From Schizochytrium sp. TIO01 (lineage: Eukaryota; Protista; Bigyra: Labyrinthulomycetes): DNA of 64,000 nt. Shown here one piece after another: positions 23,363-35,954 of this stretch (within the stretch, counting starts at the first letter, position 1; each line of letters starts with the position of its first letter). The position numbers and the translations under genes are program-made. The notes beneath the pieces were generated by a model. It saw only the letters and a list, made by a program, of their open reading frames with translations. It was not told the DNA's origin and searched no databases. The DNA lies in the NCBI GenBank assembly GCA_004764695.1, contig SMSO01000035.1:2046001-2110000 (forward strand), read 5' to 3'.

Positions 23363-23558
23363 TCGAAGGATCGAAGAATCGAAGGATCGAAGAATCGAAG
23401 AATCGAAGAATCGAAGAATCGAAGAATCGAAGAATCGAAGAATCGAAGAATCGAAGAATCGAAGAATCGAAGAATCGAAGGATCGAAGAATCGAAGAATC
23501 GAAGGATCGAAGAATCGAAGGATAGATGGATCGAAGGATCGAAGGATCGAAGGATCGA
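23363..23558. repeat. 8-bp tandem minisatellite TCGAAG(A/G)A, about 24 units
   Basis: Direct observation; two unit variants, TCGAAGAA and TCGAAGGA, degenerating at the 3' end. Confidence 0.95.
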
Positions 23559-24220
23559 TGCATCAAAATGCAATTCTTCACTTCTTTCTGCGTTGCGTAG
23601 AGACAGCAGAATATCTATCGCCTCATTCCATCGGTCCGTGAACCCATGGACGATGCCCTTCGAAGGGCCTACAGAAAGAACTACCGGTCGGATGTATCAA
23701 CGTCTTCTTCACCTCCGCAGCCGCCATCGACAACGGCGCTGCGGAAGCGTCCGAGGCCGTCCTTCGCGCCCTTTTCCAACAACTTGTTGTTATTGTTCTC
23801 GTTGTTGTTGTTGGCATTTAAGAGAATGCACGCAGTGTGGAAAAGTATGCACGCACAAGCGTGTCTTTTGCTGGTCACGAGTGGCGTTTGCGGTGTCGTC
23901 GAGTGGCCCAAAGACAATCTTTGGCCACGATTACGAAAAGTTCGTGGCGCTCAAAATGGCAGCGGTGTATCCGTCCGATCGAGGTTTTGCTTGTTTACAT
24001 CGTTGCTGATGAAGCAATTCGCTGTTCGCCGTCGCTTCTATCGTTCATGTGTATTGGCATTCGTTCATTCATTCATTCATGCCGCACTACGCTTCCCATA
24101 AACGCGGGGAGAATGCAGCTGCTGCGAAGACGGATCTGGAGAGGTGCGTGTCTAAACTCTTCAACACGCGAGCAATCCGCCAAGCACCAGGAGCATCAGC
24201 GAAAGAGGAGAACTTTGGCA

Positions 24221-24312
24221 GAATGAATGAATGAATGAATGAATGAATGAATGAATGAATGAATGAATGAATGAATGAATGAATGAATGAATGAATGAAT
24301 GAATGAATGAAT
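24221..24312. repeat. (GAAT)n perfect microsatellite, about 23 units
   Basis: Direct observation. Confidence 0.97.
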
Positions 24313-27300
24313 GCCTGGAAACGAATTGGCCTCATTCCTTCACAACGGTTTCACACATGGATGCAAGAAATCAATTGCAGATCTCTTCTGTTGGTTTGCA
24401 TCATCAACGCCTTCTTCACATCCATCTATTAGAAGCAAAAGGAGGTACCGCATTTGCTTCGGGTGCCTTTGCACATCATCGTCATTTACCACTGAAGCGA
24501 TCGAGTGCATCGTCTATCGACCTCGCCGATTTTGCAAAGCTCTCTCGCGTTTGCTGCAGTTGCGGCTTAGGTCTTCCATCTTGGCTGAGATTGCAATGTC
24601 CTGGTCACCGGAATTGAGTTCGAGACCATCTTCAAGAGAGAGAGAGAGAGAGAGAGAGATCTATGTATCTTGTCATTTGCAATTTTGGTCCAAAGGAGAT
24701 GACCATTCTATCTATTGCTCTCCACGTTTGCCGTGCTCTTTTTTTTTCGAGCTCATTCATCCCTTAGGAGTGAACGCAAAGGAATTCATTCTCGAGGCTG
24801 CAACAAAGGTCCGCGACGATGGGCTCAATACGCACGATTGATGTGCGACCTCGAAGGCTTTTCGAGCTGCTGCTCCGCGAGGACGCTTAGATCTATTTCC
24901 TGGAAAAGAAGAACTATTCGTCGTTCTCGATTCTATTCTATGTTTCGTTCGATTAGAAGAATGTATGTGTATGTGCAATTTACAATCTTTATTTTGACTA
25001 AAATTAAAATTTGTTGTCTAATGGAACAAACCAAATATAATAAAAACAAACATAATAAGCGCTGTCAACAGCAGCGGAGGATTAGAAGAATTTGTTCTTT
25101 TTATATTTTTATTTTATTTAAATATATCCTGGTTATATATATTTTTTCTTTTAATTTCTTTCGGAGTAAAAGCGGAGGAGGAGGAAATCGACGGAAATGC
25201 GCAAGCATTTGCCGAGGACAGCAGTGTTCATAACGATTGTTTGCAAGAATGATTAATTAGAACCCCTGCGGTTAACTGACACACTGACAGCGTGGATATC
25301 GGCACCACCTTCAAAGTGGCCGCGCTGGAGCACTCACGATCGTCAGCCTTTAAGATGCTTCCTTTATCGTTTTATCTCCTGACCTTTCTTTTCAAAGAAG
25401 TACGGCATTCATGCTTCTTACTTCACTTTCTTTCTTTTTCTCTCAAGTTTCCATCTATTTTTTATATATTTATTTTAATCTTAAACATATATAAATACTG
25501 TAGTAACAATCATTTAAGACAAAAATAATCATAATCATAATCATAAAGCAAACTGAAAGAACTGTGAAACTAAAGGATGAGATCTCGAACAAACTGAACT
25601 CACGCTTCCTTCCCAAACTCGCAGGAAGTAAAGAAGTAACCCATTTGTAAAAAGCAAATTCAATAGGTTATGTTATCATATATCTCTCTGTCTCTATCTC
25701 CGCGTGTCGATATAACCAATCTCATGACAGGCATATTGGACAAATGAACCTGACAAAAGAAGTTGTTGTTTTCATCGAACGAAGTTTCATTCATTCATCC
25801 TGTGGCGCTTATCTCGAGGTCCTCGATTGCCTTCGGCCGCCTCTGCAGACTTTGCCCACGCCCACTGCGAACACAACGCACTCACTCGACCATCCGCGGA
25901 GTTCGGCTTCAAAGCCACTTCAATTCTAAACAGGCGCTGAGCCGTCAGCAGCACCACCGATGTGGCGGCTGGCTGCCTATCTTGGGCCCTTCATTTCTTC
26001 GTTGTTCTTGGAGTGCACACCCCATCATACAGAGATCAGACGGAGATGAATGCTCGCCATTCAAGGTGTCGTTCAGTGTTCCAGTGGTCTTCTTCGCGAG
26101 AAGAGATCAATTGAACGACCTCGAGGCAGGGGTGAATGAGGACGGAAGGCTCTCGGAGATCCTTTTCAAGACAAGAGCGGAGGAGTCCTATGTATGAAGT
26201 CATGCGAAGTCTTTCTCAGAAGCAGCTTAGTTGTGTATGTGTGTGAGGGCTTCTTGGTGGATAGATTCCGAGGTTGGTGAGGGAAATTACAACAACGTGG
26301 GGCCTGGATTCATTCGTCCTTGCGACTGCTACTGGCTGACTATTTGGAAAGCTGCCGGGCCACTCGTGGAGAGCGGTCAGTCACTGTAGAAATGTAGGAA
26401 AGAAATCATTATTCTCAATGACTCAGGGATCTCCTCGCTCGCTGCACTGGGACGCAGACATCAAAATGAGGATCGAGGGCTAGGTCACTTGCGGACGGTC
26501 TCAGCTTTTTATGAAAGCTGACGACCTCTTTGCATCTGAATCCTTTGCACACGTAAGTTTATTCCATTTTTCAATAATTGCCTCGGGTCTCGATACTTTG
26601 TCTCAGCAAGCACCAGCTGACTAACTAGGTAAAATGAGGTTTCTAAAGCGACCAAGGATCAACATGCCACTGGAAGCCTTCCTTCGAGATAGAAACTGCC
26701 AAACTTAAGCCACCATGGTTGCTTTATAAAGATTCCATTTAATCGTTACCAGAACTTCACACAATACCAGTTGCGGACAACTGTTGCTGAGTTCGAGTTG
26801 TTGATGCTGATGCCAAGTCTGTCTCCTTCACTTCCGCTTTTTTACAACAACACCGTGGAAGACCACAAGCAATTTAATTGTACACGAAAGGAGGCCGTAT
26901 TAAACCCAACAGAATAAATAGGACTTGTATTTTGGAGATTTAGTGCCTATAGAGTTGATTGAATGCGACCCCACTGGAATGATCTACTCGTCGATGATAA
27001 CTTTCCATCAGAGCCTGCTACGAGTAAATCAGCCCAAAACTTGTGATCGGATGAATATTCATACGTCACTTATACTTCGATGGAACTGCATGCCCCCAGG
27101 TTATTTGGAGGCTAGAAAAAAGATCTCTCGCTGACGCGGACAGAGTCAGCGAACCCGATGTGGGAAGTTCTGCCACCTTTTCCCTTGCTGAGTGCATCCC
27201 GACAGTTCTCAAGGAATATTCAATACCACTGCTACCTAGTGACATGGGCTATACACAAACGACGCAGCGGACACAGGCTGGTTGTGCGTGCGTGAGTTAC

Positions 27301-27895
27301 ACGAGATGACGCCCTGCAAGGCTGGGCATGAGATACTTGTTTACATTTAGAGAGGTGGGGGATGATTTTCATATGCCTTTTCGCAATTACGGACGCAAGA
27401 TACAATGAACAAATAAGCGTCTATAGTAAACCTGTTCCTCTTCGTCATTGCGTGCATAGCATGTGGCTGCGTGTGCACAGCACAAGTTTTACAAATGTTT
27501 CTTTTGCTGAAGAAATGCTTGAAATTGTTTAATGAAGTCTAAGTTTTTTTGTTTTCCTTAAATCATTAAAAATAGGCCTAGTAGGTAAAATCTGTGTTGA
27601 CAAAAAGAGTCCCAACTCCCATTAATACGTAAAAATTAGTCTTCGAGCGAATAGAGGTAACAAGTCAATAGTTTTGCGAGACTAAGACACTGGTTGGGCC
27701 TTTTACATTAACAGAAACACAACGTAAAAGGGTGAACCTTGTTATATGGATCTCATCAATGTAGTCTACAATGCAACTTCAAAAGAAACATGAAATACAC
27801 TAAACCCAAAAAAAATGAAAAACCTTCCATTGCCCTGAGTACCTCCATGTTGAGACCTTGAAATAGTGAAGCAAGAGAGCCTACCACATTTTGGC

Positions 27896-29203
27896 TCACC
27901 AGTCGTCGTCGTCATCATCATTATCCCCACCACGGTTTCGCAGTGAGATTTTAGACACGCGGCTGCCCAAAAGGTCAACACGGCCCAAAGTCTGCGCTGA
28001 TGAGCTCTGCCACTTATCTTCATTAAGAGCATCCTCGGCCCCGGCATACATTTGCTGTGCACGCTCCGTTGCAGAGACATCAACGCCCTGCATTTCAATG
28101 CCATACCGGGACGAAAAGAAGAATTCAATATCTGACAACCCAAACTCGCCAGAGCCAAACTCATTTTCATTGATAGCTACTGCGCTATCATTTACCATTT
28201 CGCCGCCCTTGTATACAAGAAATGCCGGGAGAGCGCGATGCGAGAGTGTCTGATCTGCGTCAGTAGCTACAAGCTTCAGGATTTTCACATGAGACTGTTT
28301 TTGTGCAAGCTGCTCAAGGACAATGTTCATCTTGCGGCAAGCTGCAATGTAGTCTTCATAAATATGAGTTACCACGTAAGTGCGTGGATCAGCGTTATCG
28401 ATTTCATCCAGAAACTGGAATTTATCCACAGCAATAACGCGCCCAAACTGGGGTAGCGAGTGGAAACCCGACATTTGCTGCATTCGGGCCTGGCGGTAAG
28501 CTTCCAAGAAAGCTCCGTCATCGTCGTCAGAATCAGCATCATCTGAGTTATCCTCAGCATCAGCATCATATTTGCGAACATGGGAACCAGTCAGGCCTCG
28601 TTGAGCTAGCGAATTATAAGAAATTGACTCCTCAGTGGTTGTCGCACCATAAGCTTGACGCCGGAATGACTCAAGGTCTTGAAGCTTCTTTGTCTCGTTG
28701 CGGCGACGCATAATTGCCTTGGCCTCCTCATAATCGGCCTTGACACCCTTGGGACCGGTGTTGTTTTTCCTGCGAATCTTAGTCAACACCTCGGACCAAT
28801 TTTCCTTTTTGGGGTCTACCTCATCATCCTCATCTGGAACAATCTCGTTTTCTTCATCCTCATCCAGACTTTGCAATGTAGAATAAAACGCTCAACAACT
28901 TCGTTAGTTCATGCTCACTCTTTTTAGTGCCAGTCGAAATCATAGCTGCAATGTCATGTCGTTGTACTTATACCTCATCTCCCTCGTCGCTCTTGGAGGA
29001 GAGGCTAAGCAAAGTACTATAAAACATCACACTTACCTGACGTCTGAGTCGATCTCAAACCTAGCCCGGGCACCACCATCTTCGTCTGAGTCCTTTTCCT
29101 TTGAAAGGTCCTGACTAAGCAGCTTCTTCTCCATGTCACCGCTCAAGGTGGTGATTTTCTGCGGACCGCGTTTTACCGCGCCATCTCCCAGATAGTTATC
29201 CAT
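27896..29203 (-). CDS. PDCL: Phosducin-like protein (PhLP1/PDCL type); 2 exons, 29203-29037 and 28868-27896
   Basis: NTGPKGVKADY motif; LEAYRQARMQQM; thioredoxin-like FGRV...FLDEID...VVTHIYE..IAACRKMN...LPAFLVYKGGEMV. Exon 1 (MDNYLGDG...DSDV) ends AG|GTAAGT. The intron (28869-29036) has a CTAAC branch point and an AAG acceptor, and splicing keeps the frame (AG+T = Ser). Confidence 0.88.
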
Positions 29204-30500
29204 TCTATAATTGCAAAGTGTCCTCCTCGCGTCCTATTCTACTTCCCTCAGACTTCTTCTCGAAGTTTGCTTTATGAGGTTTTCTTGCGCTTGCGGCAAA
29301 GTACAGAGCAACAAACTTCGCTTGTGCGCGAAATGGCGTTGGGCTTCTTTTTCAAGAAGTAGGTATTCGCACGACTCTTCACAAGGCGCTTCTTCAGCCT
29401 CGCCTGAGAAACAATATTAAAGACTCTAAGCTCAGTCGTGCTTGTCCCCAGCCTTTTAGCCTCCCAACGCACGAGTCGTTCGAAGTTTGCCCTCGCTGCA
29501 CAAGCTCTGCCGACTTGGTGAAGCAAAAAGAGGTTTCGATTACACAACCTTGTGTATTGCACCTCCCAGAGTATTCCCCTCATTCCCTCTTCATAACTAT
29601 GTAGGATTTCGCCGCTAATAAAAATGTGAGAAGACAATCAGAACGCGAAACGCTATCGATAACCGCTCGAGCTAGAGCTTCTGTAGGGAACAAAGTTCAA
29701 CTCACGAGAGGTACTATAGCAACACAATGTACTGCTGCTCCTGATCTCTTCTGGGCGAGCTTTTCCGAAGCAAGGCTGTTTTGGGAGTGCACGCGTATAA
29801 AAATTAAAAAACGTATAGGAGTGCTAAGTACGATATTACTTAGGTAGGTTTCCTAGCCTCTCTTTTAGAGAACCTTACGAACCATCGGACTATTTCTAGC
29901 AAGATGCAATCAGTCTTGTCGCATGGTTCTATGTCTTCAGTGTGATGTGATGTGTATCCAAATATGGAAATTTAAGGACCACATGAAGCGTTTATTTATA
30001 CTGATATTCATGCACCGTTTTCTAATATGAAAAAGGTATGTAGATAACTTCGGTGAGAACAGTTTATGCATATATTAGTTAGCGTCACTAATACAGTAAA
30101 CTATAATATTTTGTTTATTGCATAAATCATACACAACACAACAAATGTCAACATACAAATTAAGTGACGTTTGAGTTATCATAATTTGTGGCTGGATTTT
30201 CTCCCAAATCTTTAGCAGAATCGCCTGAGCAACCTATCTTTAAAAGAGGTACCACTATCGTACCACCAACAGTTCTAGTTCCTTTCGCTTTCTCATTTCT
30301 TGAACAAACAAAAACGTTTTTACTATTTGAGAAAACGTATAGTATCGTCGGTTCGAAATTAGTTTATAAAAAGAAATATAATAAAAACTTCTTATACCTC
30401 TTGAGGATGATCAACTTTTTGATGAAGACGGTGCGAATCGACGATCAAACCAAAAGCGCAGGAGCTCTCGGCGGCGCGAACCGCCAGACGTTGGGCTCAA

Positions 30501-31655
30501 ATGGCACTTGGCGGTATGAAGGAGAACGACGGTGCTGCCGCTCGTGTGCGGTTCTGGAAATGGGTGGGTGGTCTGCTCCTGGGTCTGACAGTAGTCACCA
30601 TGGGTCTCGCCTGGACTGATCTGCCACCAATGCCAACAGGTCCACTCGTGCCCGGCGTAGATTCCGAGAGCATGGGACACAAAAACAAGGACCTCGAAAC
30701 ACTGTCAAACCTGGGTCCCAAGGTCGGCATTCGAGGAGCCCAACAGTTCGGCGGGAGTGACTTCAAACGGCTCAAAATTGCATATGCAATTACCATCACC
30801 AAGGATGGAAACTATCTTGATGGAGCTGCTGTCTTGAAGCACTCTGTTGATATGCTTGGGTCTGCTCATGATGTAGATTTTGTAGCCATTGTCCATCCAC
30901 AGGTTACCAAAACAAGAAACGCCCTCCAAGACCTTGGCGTAAAAGTCTTTGAGTACCCGGAGCCCATCAAGTCTTCAGAGATTCAGGGTAAACATCTTCG
31001 CGATACCATTGACAAATCTGGGTGCTGTGGTATTCTAGAGCTTTTGAAACTGCGTGCATTTGAGCTTGTTCAATATGATCGCGTCGTGCTGCTGGACATG
31101 GATGCACTCATTGTTCGCAGCCTGGACCATCTTTTTGAGTATCCCGAAGAGATTCTTTTTACGTACGACCACGCCATGGACAGTCCAGGAACTGCTGCTC
31201 CCCCTGCACAAGGAGGATTCATGGTGATTCGGCCAAGCATTAAAACGTACGAACGTCTAGTGGATATTGTCCGTGAAGGTGACTTTCGACCAGGCACGGG
31301 CTGGGGTGGCCAGAACATTGGCTGGTGCTGGGGTGGTCAAACAATTCAAGGTCTTATTTCCTACTATTACAACCGAGTTGAACCCGACGGCAAACGAATC
31401 CTTGATCACTGCACGTACAATGCCATGGTTTCTACAAAGAATTGCCAAAATACTCCAATTGATGAAATCTACTCTATTCACTACACAGTATGCCAAAAAC
31501 CCTGGGCTTGTATTGTTTCTGACAAAACATTGTGCCGCGAGATGGTCGCGGAGTGGTGGAAAGTGCGCCAAAATTTTGAGAAAGCTCATGGGCTTCCTGT
31601 ATCCACAACTCAGGGTTGCCGACGAAGGTCTGAATATGTCTCCTTGTTCCCGTGA
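30501..31655 (+). CDS. Type II membrane glycosyltransferase, GT8/glycogenin-like
   Basis: N-terminal TM anchor; IAYAITIT...YLDGAAVLKHS; ELLKLRAFELVQYDRVVLLDMD (DxD); QGGFMVIRPS; IHYTVCQKPW. Confidence 0.85.
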   Translation: MALGGMKENDGAAARVRFWKWVGGLLLGLTVVTMGLAWTDLPPMPTGPLVPGVDSESMGHKNKDLETLSNLGPKVGIRGAQQFGGSDFKRLKIAYAITITKDGNYLDGAAVLKHSVDMLGSAHDVDFVAIVHPQVTKTRNALQDLGVKVFEYPEPIKSSEIQGKHLRDTIDKSGCCGILELLKLRAFELVQYDRVVLLDMDALIVRSLDHLFEYPEEILFTYDHAMDSPGTAAPPAQGGFMVIRPSIKTYERLVDIVREGDFRPGTGWGGQNIGWCWGGQTIQGLISYYYNRVEPDGKRILDHCTYNAMVSTKNCQNTPIDEIYSIHYTVCQKPWACIVSDKTLCREMVAEWWKVRQNFEKAHGLPVSTTQGCRRRSEYVSLFP

Positions 31656-32144
31656 TAACATAACATACATGCTACTGGAATCAATTTTGCATTCTCTTTT
31701 CTCTTTGTTTCTTTTTACATTTTCCCTTGAAGTTGGATCCCAATCAATATTTGGTTTCTGTTTACAATGAAATTGTAAAAATAGCATCACCTCAATTGTA
31801 TAGCATAGCATGTTCATTTAAATTAAAGAAGACTCCACGCAGAAATCACAAGAACTATCTATCTTCGTGTGTGTTGTTGGGCATGTTTTGGTAGGGACCT
31901 GTTTTGGTTGTGTTCCTTTTTATATTTCAGGCAACTATATTCTTATTATCTCAATGCTGAATGAAAATTTTATATAATATAAAGTAGCAGATTTAGTAGT
32001 ACTAGTATGCATGTAAGGTGGCATCCGTGGGCCACATTCTGATTTTGACAAACGGATGAATAATCTGCTGTTGTTTTCAGTAAGAATGACCAAAGAGTTA
32101 ACTTTAGAACTTGAAAGTAAAATGCGTGATGCCCGCAACAGGCT

Positions 32145-33005
32145 CTAAGCCGTCTTCTCCAGGAATAGGTTTCTTCTTGCCCGAGCTTCGCTTGAAGCCC
32201 CAGGAGAGAATACGACGCCTACTCTCCGAACGTTCCCCCCAAACCGTCGTTGTAGTCGTCCGCCATGGGCTCCGGGTTCCTGCCAGCTAGACATTGCGTA
32301 CTCCCCATTCTGTGAGTACTGTTTCGAGTTGGTCGGCATCGATGCCGATTGGTAACTTGCAGGAAACTGATGAGATTGCTGAAATAGGTGGTTAGGGTAC
32401 TGTGATGGCCTTGAATGAGCACTTCTGCTGCTACTGCTGGCGTTCTGGTCTCTGTCGCTACCATAGAACTGGTTGTTATCATTGTATTGGTACTGGGAGC
32501 TAAGTACAGGGAGGCTCCGTGAAGACACGTTTGAAGGAGCATGGCGAGGCATTGCAGGGGCTTGTTTTTGCTCCTCATATTCGTACGCGTACTCGTCTTC
32601 TTCTTCTTCGTCATCGTCATCCATCTTGACAGCAGTTCTTGCAGATCTTGTAGGGCGCAGTCCAGTCCATGCCTTACGCCAGCGGGCGCTGGCGCTACGT
32701 TGCATAGGGGAAGGCGGTAATTGTTGACCCGGCGAAGAAGCCAGGTGGTCGTCTTGTTGTTGAAATTGGCGTGAGCTTGCCTGCTGGCTTTCCATATGAT
32801 CTGGGCTGAGGAGCAGAGATCTTGGCCTCGACTCGCCGTCTTTGTTGTTGAAGCCAAAGCCTCCAGGCGACGACAAACCGGTAGACAGTGGTGCCTGGGT
32901 CCACTCACTGTCACTGCCATCGTCCATCATCTCGCCATATTTGCTGCTTCCACTCTGGTCGCCTCGGCGCAGAGCACGGCGTCCTCGCGTCAAGATGCTC
33001 ACCAT
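32145..33005 (-). CDS. Hypothetical low-complexity (Ser/Gln-rich, disordered) protein
   Basis: Long open frame with probable ATG at 33005 (MVSILTRG) and coding-like composition; no recognisable domain. Confidence 0.6.
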   Translation of the reverse strand: MVSILTRGRRALRRGDQSGSSKYGEMMDDGSDSEWTQAPLSTGLSSPGGFGFNNKDGESRPRSLLLSPDHMESQQASSRQFQQQDDHLASSPGQQLPPSPMQRSASARWRKAWTGLRPTRSARTAVKMDDDDEEEEDEYAYEYEEQKQAPAMPRHAPSNVSSRSLPVLSSQYQYNDNNQFYGSDRDQNASSSSRSAHSRPSQYPNHLFQQSHQFPASYQSASMPTNSKQYSQNGEYAMSSWQEPGAHGGRLQRRFGGNVRRVGVVFSPGASSEARARRNLFLEKTA

Positions 33006-34278
33006 TGTGGACCTCTTCTCGAAGCTGTTTTGGTTTTGCTCACAGCCGATCGATCCCTCATTCTCAAACCTCCTTGATTCTGCAATTCCTTTTTCTTTTC
33101 CCCCCATTCTTTCCACATATCCAAGCGCCGCACATGACGACGATACTGCTAGACAGTCCTACGTACATTCGCTAACAGGCATTCAACATTTTTTTTTCTT
33201 TGCGAGCTCCCTTTCAACACCTCATCCTACCACTCGATAACCGACTGCTACCGTGTACATAAATAAACATTCATTCAATCACTGTTTTGAGACCCAAAAC
33301 TAAAAGGAATAGGATCATAAAACCAATCAACAGAAAGAAATCTGTCTTTCACAGAACGTTTTCTTTCTTGGGTGAGTGAAATTTAGATCAGACATGCAAT
33401 CCCCGTCAAAGACTCCGCCTTCCTCACAACTGCAGACGCTTAACTGGCTGACTGACATCCACTGGCCTCGAGGACCTCAATGCCAGCAAGCCGGCTCGAC
33501 TCGCCAGCTAGCTACTTAGCTACCTGGAGCGGGGGACTTTCGCGTGCCTCTCCAGCGATTAGATAGACTCGCTTTCACTCGACCTCGTTTTATGATTTGT
33601 GAAAACTCGTCGAAACTTCATTCATTCATTCGTTCATTCATATTTATATTTATTAGTTTATTAATTAATTTATTAATTCATTTATTCATTTGTTTATTCA
33701 TTTGCACTGAAGATAGTTCTACAAGTGGAAGCTCTGCTAGAAGCGCCCCTATCCTCAACACTAGCAGTCCCAGTTCTTCAAGCTGAGTCAGCGCCCTTGC
33801 TCAGAACCAAGACTCGCTCACTCGAGTGCTCTCTGAGCCGACTGCCTGACATCCATTCGCTCGACCACTCCGTGTCAGTCGAGAGACACCGCTGTCTCAC
33901 GAAACCTCATCTGCACCGTGCCACCCCATGCCACCAAGCAGAATGAGCAAGTAACCTGAATGTGTTGCGAATATGCAAATAAAATAGTTAGTGAGCAAAT
34001 TAGTAAATTAAGAAGTCAAACGGAATTAAATCCTCCTCCGCTTCGTCGTCTCATAACAAAGGAAGCCTAAACTGAAGGGCCTTTTTGACAAACGGTTTTA
34101 ATAAACGCTATCACTCACTGCCACTATTCATCATCATTCTGTAAACGACGACGATCATTCCTCCTCTCAATCTCGACTTCTTGACCACTGGCAGATGTAT
34201 TTTCTTTTTCTTACATTCGAAGGTCCCTCAATCTTCACAACATCGACTACATAGGGTGTGCTAGTACACATCCTACCG

Positions 34279-34606
34279 GTACCTTCCTACGCTCGCACTA
34301 GCCACTTCTACGCATACAATCATCACTACCCCTTCTTCCTTTTTCAGTTCCGCACCCTAATCACTCCTACTATATCACCTAAGAGGCTCCCTCAGGCCCC
34401 CTCTCCCCACCAGCGCTCCCGTGAGCTCGTTTGGGTACTTTGGGATAGCTAAGAGCCAACTACTGATCTCCTAGGAGTGCAGTCTGTACGGTAGCTGGCA
34501 GTAGGGGTGCTCTAGCATACGTTGAGAGAGGGCATTGTGGGAATGGGGCCGATCGTAAGGGCATGGAAGATGGCTATGGGGGGTATAGAGGGAGCGTGGA
34601 AGGCAC
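34279..34606. repeat. Degenerate inverted repeat (foldback)
   Basis: C-rich left arm and G-rich right arm with colinear reverse-complement blocks: GTACCTTCCTACGCTC/GAGCGTGGAAGGCAC, TAGCCA/TGGCTA, CACTCCTA/TAGGAGTG, GGCTC/GAGCC. Confidence 0.55.
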
Positions 34607-34722
34607 TCAGGAAAGACCTGGAAAGCTAAAATGCTTTTTTGTTTGGCTTTTTCTTTTTAAAAGCAACCTCACTTTATCTGATTAAATCTTGAATTAACTT
34701 AATTTTAATTAAATAAGTGATG

Positions 34723-34752
34723 AATGAATAAATAAACAAATAAATAAACAAA

Positions 34753-34791
<39 letters not shown>

Positions 34792-34799
34792 ATAGATAA
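34723..34799. repeat. (AAAT)n microsatellite, imperfect
   Basis: Direct observation. Confidence 0.9.
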
Positions 34800-35882
34800 A
34801 ATTAGTCTCAAAAGAAAATGCGATTGAGCGGAGATTGAGATTGATGGAGATTGAAGAATGGAGGAGCGCAAAGAGCAGAACTCGCTTGAAGAAGAAGAGC
34901 GAAGGACACGGCCGCAACCACGGGAGCGCTGGGAGGGGGGAGCCCGAGAAGCCGCGCCAGAAGAGACCTCGGAGCAGGCCGCCAGAGCAGCAGAAGAGTC
35001 GGTACGCCACGCGACGCCGCGGTGGGGAAAAACTTGGAAACAGCGAAGTGACTGACAGACTAAGAGACTCAGATTAAGAGAGAAAGAGAGAAAGAGAGAA
35101 AGAGGAAAGCACTTGGAGGTGCGCGCGCACACTCCTATTGAGGGCCACGTGAGGGGTGCGCGGTCTCGCTGGACCTAGGTTCGGCGACGCGCAGAATTGA
35201 AAGTTGGCGGAAAGGAAGAACTGAGACGATTGCACAGTCTGCCTGACCTTGAGAACGACTGGAGCGACCCCTGGTATGCGAGCCGGCCGACCCGGCAGGC
35301 AGGACACGGCCCCGCCCTGTAGGCAAGGCTGGGTGTATTTACCTGATGCGAGGCAGAACCTGTAATCGGGGAAGCCAGAAAAGACGCGATGATGATCTAA
35401 AAGGTGTGTACCGAATGGGTGCATTTTGGTGCATTTCTTTTGGAGAAGGCGCGTTGGTACAAACAAACGAATCGCGTGACCGGCGACATGGTCCGCGTGA
35501 AAGAAACTAAGGAAGGGCCCTGGTTTCAAATATGCTCGAGCTCGTGACGGAGAAGATGGCTCCGGCCTCGCTCGGCGAGCTCGCTTTATGCCGCAACGGA
35601 GAGAGGCTTCCTGCACAAAGCTGTCCGGTCCGCCCAGGGTAGGGAGAGCCCAGGGTTCCTAAGGCGGTTGGCCGCCGATCGCCTCGCTCGATCGCGGCTG
35701 CTTGAGTCGCAGGTGGACGTGAAGCTCGAGCTGGAGCCCGCAACGCGAAGGCGCAGATCACTGGCAGGCACAGGCTGCGCGAAGTCGCAGCACAAGCAGC
35801 GCCGAGAGACGGCTCGCGGTTGGATGCGTGAGTGCATGCGTGCGTGCGTGGGTGCATGAGTGGCGGCAACGACGTCTTCGGC

Positions 35883-35954
35883 TGGCTTGGCTTGGCTTGG
35901 CTTGGCTTGGCTTGGCTTGGCTTGGCTTGGCTTGGCTTGGCTTGGCTTGGCTTG
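35883..35954. repeat. (CTTGG)n pentanucleotide microsatellite, about 14 units
   Basis: Direct observation. Confidence 0.95.

Noticed and set aside
23233-24009. 258-aa ORF with (RRIEESKN)n repeats; also considered as a CRISPR-like array
   Set aside because: The ORF is open only because the 8-bp minisatellite lacks stops. The units are contiguous with no unique spacers, and the context is eukaryotic with no cas genes.
10741-31655. Idea that the prolyl-hydroxylase-like gene and the GT8 gene form a Skp1-type hydroxyproline glycosylation cluster
   Set aside because: They are 18 kb apart with unrelated genes between them. Both have secretory targeting, whereas the Skp1 pathway (PhyA/Gat1) is cytosolic, and there is no evidence of clustering.
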